From the NCBI GenBank assembly GCA_963733675.1, contig CAVTET010000001.1, forward strand, positions 64,001-128,000: a stretch of 64,000 nt of DNA, given 5' to 3'. Below are positions 56,086-64,000 of this stretch, piece after piece. The DNA is from an uncultured Methanosarcinaceae archaeon. Its GTDB lineage: Archaea; Halobacteriota; Methanosarcinia; Methanosarcinales; Methanosarcinaceae. A program made the position numbers and the translations under genes. How positions within the stretch are numbered: the stretch's first letter is position 1; every line of letters starts with the position of its first letter. Under the pieces are notes generated by a model. The model was not told where the DNA came from. It saw nothing but the letters and a program-made list of their open reading frames with translations, and made no database searches.

Positions 56086-56789
56086 CGGGATTAGATAAAT
56101 TCAAGTTCTATGTTAAATAGTTATATGATTTTATTTATTTTTATCGTTAGCAGATATTATAGTAAATTTTCTGTAAAATCTTAGAGAATATCTCTAAATT
56201 TCAATGTTTAACTGATTGTTTATGAAGCCTACATAAGCAATTTGTTAAAATCAGAAGTTTGTAAAATCCTCTATATTCTTTTTCTTAGGATATAGGAAAT
56301 GTCCTCTGTTTTATGTTTGTGTTAATTTGACCCAATAAAACAATCTAAGTAATTCATTTTTAATTAAAGGGTAAAGTTAGTATACGAAATTAAAAGTTAG
56401 GCAGTGTACTAAAGTATCTGACTAAATATAAAAAAGGATTCTCTCACTTTTGCGAAAACATAGAGGGAGTTTTATGGTTATGATTTTCAACAGCTTATTG
56501 ACACAAACAAAAATTTAATTTAAAAACAATAAATGGTTCCAAAGAACTCCAGCAACGGTGGAGAGAATAACTAATCCCACATGAAATTTAAACGAGGTTT
56601 TAAATTTCAAATTTTCTTTTAAATAACTTGGGACACGACCAAAAAACGATGAGTGAAATACTTACTTGTATACAGTTACAATTGTCAGTACGAAACCTGG
56701 CTCAAAGAGTAGAAAATTAACGATTAAACAGATATTAAAATTATGAGTAGAAATCAGATTAATCTGATTTCAGTTTCATTTATCGAATA

Positions 56790-58205
56790 TTATTTTTCGT
56801 TGAAATACTCGCCAATAGCCCTTGCAGCTGTTTTACCTGCACCCATTGCGCTGATAACGGTTGCTGCGCCTGTGACAACATCTCCCCCTGCAAAAACTCC
56901 ACACTTAGAGGTTGTTCCGGTTTCCTCATCTGCAACTACGGTGCCCTTTTGGTTTTGCTCAAGACCTTCCGAGCCTTTAAAGATAACGGGATTCGGGGAT
57001 GTGCCTATGGCAATGACTACAACGTCAGCAGGAATTGTGAATTCCGAACCTTCAATAGGTACAGAGCTTCTTCGGCCTGATTTATCAGGTTCTCTAAGTT
57101 CCATTTTAATGCATTCGACGGCTTTGACATTGAACTTTTCATCTCCGTGGATTAATACAGCATTTGTAAGAAGCCTGAATATAATTCCTTCTTGTTTAGC
57201 GTGCTCTATTTCCTCCCTGCGAGTCGGCATCTCGTCTTCTCCGCGTCGGTAGATTATACTTACCTCGTCGGCACCCAGACGGAGCGCAGAGCGTGCTGCA
57301 TCCATTGCTACATTTCCACCTCCAACGACTACCACATGCTTCCCGTGCCTTACCATTGTATCATATGCAGAGTCATAGGCTTTCATTAGGTTTACTCGTG
57401 TTAGGAATTCATTTGCTGAATATACACCGCTAAAGTTTTCGCCTGGAATCCCCATAAAGTTAGGGAGGCCTGCACCTGTGCCTAAAAACACAGCCCCGAA
57501 TTCATCACAAAGTTCATCTAAAGTTTTTATCCTGCCTATAACATAGTTGAGCTTGAACTCAACTCCGAGATGCTTAACAGATTCGATTTCCTGCTGCACG
57601 ATTTTTTTTGGCAGTCTGAACTCAGGGATTCCATAACTCAGGACTCCTCCAGCTTTGTGCAGGGACTCAAAAATTATGACCTTGTGCCCTTGCTTTGCGA
57701 GGTACACTGCGACAGTAAGGCCTGCAGGCCCTGAACCAACAACAGCTACACTCTTTCCGGAGGATTTTATGACCTCAGGAACTTTTAAACCCCTTTGGAT
57801 CTCATAGTCCGCACAGAAACGTTCGAGACTTCCAATTTTCACCGGATGTCCCTTATTTCCAAGCACGCATCTGGCTTCACATTGGGTTTCCTGGGGACAA
57901 ACGCGGCCGCAGATTGCTGGAAGTGCGTTTGTGCGTTTTATTTTTTCGATTGCTCCTTCAAAATTTTCCTCGCATATCAGCTCGATAAAACCCGGAATAT
58001 CTACATTTACAGGACAGCCTTCGACACACTTAGGGTCTTTACAGGCAAGACAGCGGGAGGCTTCTGTAAGGGCGTCTTTTTTTGAGTATCCAAGAGTTAC
58101 TTCTTTGAAGTTCTTTCTACGCTCTTCGGCGGGTTGTTCGAGCATAAGGGTTCTTTCTTCCTTTGTTTTTTTGATTTTTCCTTCATGTAATCCTTGCATT
58201 TTCAA
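56790..58205 (-). CDS. NfnB/SudA-type GltD-like flavoprotein (large subunit)
   Basis: RCLACKDPKCVEGCP, ICGRVCPQETQC, GSGPAG, GGGNVAMDAAR and FAGGD. Confidence 0.9.
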   Translation of the reverse strand: MKMQGLHEGKIKKTKEERTLMLEQPAEERRKNFKEVTLGYSKKDALTEASRCLACKDPKCVEGCPVNVDIPGFIELICEENFEGAIEKIKRTNALPAICGRVCPQETQCEARCVLGNKGHPVKIGSLERFCADYEIQRGLKVPEVIKSSGKSVAVVGSGPAGLTVAVYLAKQGHKVIIFESLHKAGGVLSYGIPEFRLPKKIVQQEIESVKHLGVEFKLNYVIGRIKTLDELCDEFGAVFLGTGAGLPNFMGIPGENFSGVYSANEFLTRVNLMKAYDSAYDTMVRHGKHVVVVGGGNVAMDAARSALRLGADEVSIIYRRGEDEMPTRREEIEHAKQEGIIFRLLTNAVLIHGDEKFNVKAVECIKMELREPDKSGRRSSVPIEGSEFTIPADVVVIAIGTSPNPVIFKGSEGLEQNQKGTVVADEETGTTSKCGVFAGGDVVTGAATVISAMGAGKTAARAIGEYFNEK

Positions 58206-59061
58206 TCCTTTCCTTTAAGTGCAGTCCACACCTGCATTCCTCTTCATATTTTTCTACAGCTTTTATTTCTTCACCGCGGTACATTGCAAGCCTGTTGATA
58301 AGCTCTACAAAGTCGACCTTACGGGCATCGAATTCAGGTCCATCAACGCAGGTAAATTTCGTTCTCCCACCAATTGTGACCCTGCAGCCACCGCACATTC
58401 CCGTTCCGTCCACCATAATGGAGTTAAGGCTAACCAGGATTTCAACGTCGTATGGAGAAGCTATTACAGTTCCTACTTTCATCATTATTGGCGGGCCGAT
58501 GATTACAACCCTTGCAATCTTTTCGCCACTGTCCAGGATCTTTTTCATAATGTCGGTTACAAATCCGTGATGCCCTTTTGATCCATCATCAGTTGCAATA
58601 CATAGTTTGGCGCTTACTTTCCTCATTTGATCTTCAAGGATGAGAAGATCCTTGTTCCGAGCTCCTATAATTGAAATTACTCGGTTGCCTGCCTTTGTAT
58701 AAGCTTTTGCCAGGGGATAAATAGGGGCAACTCCTACTCCTCCCCCTACAAGAATAACATTGCCGAGATTCCTTATATCAGCAGGAGTTCCTAAGGGTCC
58801 AACAAAATCTTCCAGTGAATCCCCTGCTGAAAGCTTAGCAAGCTGTTTTGTGGTCTTGCCCATCTCCTGGAAAATTACGGATACTGTTCCTTTTTCTTTC
58901 TCAAAATCGAAAATAGTGAGGGGGATTCTTTCCCCAAATTCATTAAGTCTGAGAATTAAAAATTGCCCGGCTTTTGCAGCCTTTGCCACGTCAGGTGCGT
59001 CTATAACCATTTTGTGTATCGATTGGGCTATTTCTTCCTTTTTTAGTATTTTATATGCCAT
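58183..59061 (-). CDS. NfnA/SudB-type FAD/[2Fe-2S] small subunit
   Basis: GERIPLT, GPLG, GGGVGVAP and MVDGTGMCGGCR..CVDGPEF. Confidence 0.9.
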   Translation of the reverse strand: MAYKILKKEEIAQSIHKMVIDAPDVAKAAKAGQFLILRLNEFGERIPLTIFDFEKEKGTVSVIFQEMGKTTKQLAKLSAGDSLEDFVGPLGTPADIRNLGNVILVGGGVGVAPIYPLAKAYTKAGNRVISIIGARNKDLLILEDQMRKVSAKLCIATDDGSKGHHGFVTDIMKKILDSGEKIARVVIIGPPIMMKVGTVIASPYDVEILVSLNSIMVDGTGMCGGCRVTIGGRTKFTCVDGPEFDARKVDFVELINRLAMYRGEEIKAVEKYEEECRCGLHLKERIENARIT

Positions 59062-59389
59062 GATATCACATTTTACTGACTAAATATATCTTTTTAAACG
59101 AATTAATAGGCAATCTTAACTGTGTCTTAGTTTCTAGAGGGTTTCGTCTTCAGCGCTTTCTTCCTGGAAGTGCCCTTATATAGGTTATTGGATATATATA
59201 CTTCCAAATAATTTTAACTATTTTGTCTGTTTAAATCATTTTTGGGTTAGATTTTAAATGCTATTTCTTACGATATAGATGTCGTTTATCGAAATCTTCT
59301 GCAGCCATATCTGACTCGGAGATTTGGAGACATTTTATCATTTTTTGGTTTTTTGATTCATTGGAGTCGTAACTGCTCTCAATAAAATA

Positions 59390-59600
59390 GTGCCTACTCA
59401 GGGTTAGAGTTAGCTGCGTTACCTTGAGAACCGGTTGAATACCATCTTATAACCTGCAAACTGTTCTTTCTGATTTTAGAAATGTAGGCTACAATTTTGC
59501 AGAAAGCTTCTGATATTTTTGTTGTTCGGAAAGGTTCTGATATTTTTGACTGTAATTTCATCATTTCGATTCCTTTCTGGCTGGTTATTTTCAAATGAAA
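59390..59600 (-). pseudogene. IS66 transposase C-terminal remnant
   Basis: FENNQ..MMKLQSKISEPFRT..AFCKIVAYISKIRKN; a second IS66-like piece (KRGK..KTKAKN..DR) lies at ~60920-61090. Confidence 0.65.
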
Positions 59601-59989
59601 TTATTGACTCATTTCCAAAATCCAGCGATTAAAGTGAGTTAAACATAATTACATAATTTTTAGAATTTGCAATTATATAATGATGTTACGACACAAACGT
59701 ATTACTGATAAACCTAAACATTAATAACTTTTCGGTACTGATCACTTTCTTAGAAGTTTTTTGCTATTTGACAATAATTATGAAGACATTGCAGAAGGAA
59801 TTTTATGTAAAAAGTATTCCTATCTTCTGTTCTGAATTCAATAGTCTCATCATCATAACGGTCACAACGTATACACCAAAAAAGGGCTTAAGCCATCAAA
59901 ATCAGTAAATATAAATGTCCAAATTGTAACTGTACTCATAAAGAAAATAGTTGTTCTTGGGCGGGTCTTAAGTCTGTTATATTCGGTTC

Positions 59990-60710
59990 GTTTAATGATT
60001 TCTTCAAACTGCTTAGGTATCTTAATGTTTCACATGAAGAGATTTCTGCCATTGTGGATTTCATATATCCAAGATTAAAAAGCACCGTTCTCAGAGAATT
60101 CAAAAAGAATACGAAGTAAGAGGAGGTTTATTGTAGTTCACAATTTTCCAAGAAAAATAACAATTAAGAGGAATTGTTGAAATACAGGATTTTAAATATT
60201 TTTTATGATCGTGAAAAGGAAATAGAATTTCTCGAAGAACTTCTATCTGACTAATTAAATTCGATAAGTGATGAGAAAAGCATATAATTAGATTAAAAAT
60301 GCAAAGAAAAGATTAAAACATTATAGACATGATTAAACCTTGAAAGGCAACTAAATAAGGAAAATCTTCTGCATCAAAGTCTTGAAAAAGGAAAAAACAG
60401 TTTTGAAGAATTAATGAGACATATAAATAGCATATGATGAAGCTATTCAAAAACGGTTATGGATGGTAATTAATTATTGGCTGAACCTTACCTTATTTGA
60501 TTATCTACCTGGAGCTCCAGCAACAAATGGTCCTATGGAATGCTATTTTTCAAAAAATATGAAAATTGATAGTAAGAAGAAGTTTAGAACAGATGTTGGA
60601 ATTGAAAACCAGATTAAACTTGCAGAAATGAAAAGAGCAGGTAAGCTTACAAAACCAGATAAATCATTTTTGAAATTATTCAAAATATTTCTGCCATTTC
60701 GAGCATAATG
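59990..60710 (+). pseudogene. Transposase C-terminal remnant, family uncertain
   Basis: PATNGPMECYFS..KKKFRTDVGIENQIKL (TNNxxE-like motif); upstream frames broken. Confidence 0.55.
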
Positions 60711-61453
60711 AACGTTTTTAAGAAAAAATTTTACTACCAAAATAGCGAAGCATACCGATTTATTTCTATGAAAAAGTTAAAAATTTCTAATATGGATGTA
60801 ACTTTTTGAAGATTTAAAAAAATTTGGCACTTAAGGTGATACTAGAGGATGAAATTAATAAACTGATAAAAATAATTTTCAGAAAAGTCATAATCCAGGG
60901 AACAGAAAATGGTGAAATCACTTGATTATGGAATTGTGTCGAACTCTCAGATATGTAGGGAACATCATCATCTGTTCTCTGTGGTGTATATGCCTATCAA
61001 ATGGATTCTTCGCTTTTGTTTTTGGATTTGCACGGTGTTTTCCTCTTTTAGGAGGTTTAGAGGCAGCAGATTTTTTCAATCTATTTTAAGACCAGGGAAT
61101 TGAACCTTTTTTAGACTCTTTAATTTGCTCAAAAGTATATTTTTATCCATGTTTCATCACAATGGATGCCAGGACAAATCATTCACTTTTACTAATCACA
61201 TTTCCAAATTCCTCTTAGTCCCTGAAACATTCTCTTTTTGTTCCTAATTACAGAGAATTTCGATAAACATCTGATTTCAATATATTGCTTATATAAGGGT
61301 TTATGCACAACCAGCCAAAAATTGGGGGTTATCTAAATCCTCTCTACACAATGAAAAAACTTATATAGCAAGTATAAATTTATGCTGTATGTGAATCAGT
61401 TCTTTAGAAGTTCCATGATTGAAGAAAATGGTCAACTCCAGATTTTTGGGAAA

Positions 61454-62284
61454 ATGGTTAATATCGGCATTATAAAAATGGGAAACCTGGGGATGAGTCA
61501 GGTTATCAATCTAATCCAGGATGAAATGGCAGCGAGAGAGGGGATCACAGTACGAGCATTTGGAACAGGTGCTAAGATGGGTTTAGCCGAAGCTATGGAC
61601 ACTGAAAGTTTCAAGCAGTGGCACGCAGACGTTATGATAATTATCAGCCCTGACGCAACAGCTCCAGGTCCCACTGCACTCCTTGAATCATGGAAGAACG
61701 TGCCATGCATTGTGATCTCAGACGGGCCAGAAGATATGACAGCCAGAAAAGCTTTGGAGCATCAAGGCTTAGGATATATTATCTTGTCGGTAGATCCGCT
61801 TATCGGAGCAAAAAGAGAGTTTCTTGATCCAGTGGAAATGGTAGCCTTCAACGCAGATTTAATGAAAGTTCTCTCTATTTGTGGTGTTGTAAGACTTATT
61901 CAAGAAGAACTCGACAAAATAACAGAGCAACTTGCTTCCGGAAAGTCCGGGATGGAACTGGAGCTCCCACACATTTTTGCAAACCCAGAGAAATGCATTC
62001 AACATGCAGGTTTCTCAAATCCCTATGCGAAAGCAAAGGCTCTTGCTGCCCTTCACATAGCTGAAAAAGTAGCACAGGTCAACTACCCTGTATGTTTCAT
62101 GCTAAAGGAACTTGATCAAATATGCCTTACAGCTGCAGCAGGACATGAAATAATGGGGTCTGCTGCTCATCTTGCAACTCAGGCAAGAGAAATTGAAAAA
62201 TCCAATGATACTGTCTTCAGACAATCCCATGCAAAGAGCGGCACCCTGCTGACGAAAACTAAATTATATGAAAAACCAAAATAA
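61454..62284 (+). CDS. mtd: F420-dependent methylene-H4MPT dehydrogenase, copy 2
   Basis: Full-length paralogue of 28880..29710. Confidence 0.95.
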   Translation: MVNIGIIKMGNLGMSQVINLIQDEMAAREGITVRAFGTGAKMGLAEAMDTESFKQWHADVMIIISPDATAPGPTALLESWKNVPCIVISDGPEDMTARKALEHQGLGYIILSVDPLIGAKREFLDPVEMVAFNADLMKVLSICGVVRLIQEELDKITEQLASGKSGMELELPHIFANPEKCIQHAGFSNPYAKAKALAALHIAEKVAQVNYPVCFMLKELDQICLTAAAGHEIMGSAAHLATQAREIEKSNDTVFRQSHAKSGTLLTKTKLYEKPK

Positions 62285-62930
62285 AAATTGAAAATTATTT
62301 TAAAGTTTTGAAATCGAAAACCTTATCAGAAAATCATGAAAAAATGTTACTGGGTGAGAATAGGAGACTTGTTATTATTTTCAGGGGTTTTGATTGATAG
62401 AAGTCAATTGCGGGTGGAATTAAAGATCAATTTTGGAGATCCTCGAAGATGTTAAAAATCTCGAGATTTAAGCAACAATTTAATTAAATAACATATTTGA
62501 TTAAATAGTTTCTCCAGTAAGATATGAGAAATTAAAAAATTTGAAGCTGGGAATCGAAGAAGAAACTTGAACAAAAAATATGAAATAGTAAATCTATCTA
62601 AAGTATCCCACAAAAGTTTCAAATTTGATTATTTTAACTGACATTCTTAAGATGTACACAGATGTATAATTCGTTTGCCTATTTGCTCATGATTATTCTA
62701 GAACTCACTTTCCGTATGTGTACACATGAATTTCCTCTATTTTCTCAATACGGAAGTAGCTTAAAAATTAATTTAGCTTTCAAGAATAATAGTAGGCAAA
62801 TAGGCAAACAAATTATACATCTGTGTAAGTCTGCGAAATTTAGGATTATTCATTGAAAAATTTTTCCCGGAATTTTTGATTTATTGCAATCAATTGCCAT
62901 TGAGATTAATGATGAATTTTTGCTATCCCC
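62215..62930 (+). repeat. Direct duplication of the mtd 3' end and downstream DNA (partner ~29641-30350)
   Basis: Nearly identical to ~62640, then more diverged through the shared MITE. Confidence 0.92.
62650..62835. repeat. ~180-bp MITE-like element with ~30-bp inverted ends (also ~30075-30260; partial copies ~1337-1470 and ~18145-18270)
   Basis: ACACAGATGTATAATTCGTTTGCCTAT ... ATAGGCAAACAAATTATACATCTGTGT. Confidence 0.7.
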
Positions 62931-63589
62931 TAATATATTAAAAAGCATCTTGTGGTATGATTGAGAGCTCATTACCTTCTTGAAGAAACCCGATACAAAG
63001 GAATTCATTGAGATCAAGTTCTTCTAGAGATGTAGATGTATCATCTGTAGGTCATTTTTATTTCACTGCAAAAAGCATGATGCAGATTCAATGATTATGC
63101 TGACAAAGTTTCTGTTTTTATTATCTTCACTGATGCAGAGCTTTTCACACAAAAACTGTGCATTAACTATGAATCGAGTTTCAAGCTCTCTAATAGGAAT
63201 CCTCAATATTTATTTTTATACTTTAATCTAGGTTCCAATAATCAAAAAGTTAGCTTTCAGACTTGTGGACCCCCACATTTCCACTGCAACTACCCTTTCA
63301 TTAGAGATGTTGTTTCTCTTAATTTAGTTTATTTTTCCACCTTTGATAGTTTCTGTAACATAAGAATTCTCGGCTAGCACAGACCAATCAATTATCGTTA
63401 AACTTTTTTTAGTCCCGATTTCTACTGTAGGTTCCCTCTATGTCAGAAGATTAGGGAAACTGAAAACATGGAATTCCTGGAATAGACAAACTCGGAAATC
63501 TGCAGATCTATAAATTTTCTCAAAAATGGGTTCATTTTCATTGACCTGCTTCAGATATCTTTAGGCTACCTAATCTTTATAGGCCAAAG

Positions 63590-64000
63590 CATAAAACCAC
63601 TGGGTCTTCAGCTCAGTGTATGTAAGCGTCAACTTCACCCATGGTTCCGTATGTAATTCTCGGCTGCTTCTTTGTTAACATTGCCGATAGAAAATGTGAA
63701 ATATCCCTCATTTCATAGTGTATGTTCTTTCCAATAGTAAATTTTTCAAATACTTTTTTGAGTTTTCCGTATCCTAATTGTTGTCTCTTGTTTCAGTTTT
63801 CGAATGATCGCAAGAGTGCTGACTTTTGGCTCGCTTTCAAAGAGTATATGGATGTGTTTTTGTCGTTTTCATTTCTATTAAGTTCAAAATCTCTTCCTCT
63901 TCAATGTCATGAATTATCTATTAGAGTTCTTCTTCAACCTGTTCTAGTATCTTTTTAGGATACTTGCACACAAAGATAATGTGATGCATTAACAAAAATT
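63590..64000 (-). pseudogene. tnpA: IS200/IS605 TnpA remnant with terminal hairpin
   Basis: LMHHIIFVCKY, HIH (HUH motif) and EGYFTFSIGNVNKEAAENYIRNHG, with stops; hairpin CACTGGGTCTTCAGCTCAGTG at 63598-63618. Confidence 0.75.

Noticed and set aside
56790-58205. Glutamate synthase small subunit (gltD)
   Set aside because: No gltB nearby; paired with an NfnA/SudB-type subunit

Overview
Archaeal window, most consistent with a Methanosarcina-type methanogen (judged from recalled protein similarity, not from a search). 0-20 kb is mostly housekeeping: HARP RNA-free RNase P, AglJ-type GT2, TBP, smc-scpA-scpB, coiled-coil genes, MCM, TrmJ and a LarA-family gene. 20-31.3 kb is a compact tetrahydromethanopterin/methanofuran C1 cluster: mch, fmd(E')FACDB, mtd and ftr. 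A second mtd lies at 61.5 kb. The most striking signal is in FmdB. The metal-ligating Cys of the 'CHGP' motif reads Tyr, and the active-site Arg of 'RGHxNV' reads His. Meanwhile FmdA keeps its amidohydrolase metal ligands, fmdE is a deleted relic, and ftr starts at ATA. This suggests either an archaeal Fhc-like (formyl-MFR <-> formate) module or a C1 branch in early decay. 31-52 kb and 59-64 kb are accessory DNA rich in pseudogenes, IS6/IS5/IS66/IS200 elements or remnants, three dispersed repeat families and a frameshifted secreted His/Gly/Tyr-rich peptide. 52-59 kb holds an XRE-cupin regulator, an acyl-CoA synthetase and nfnAB/sudBA. No rRNA, tRNA or CRISPR array was recognised.
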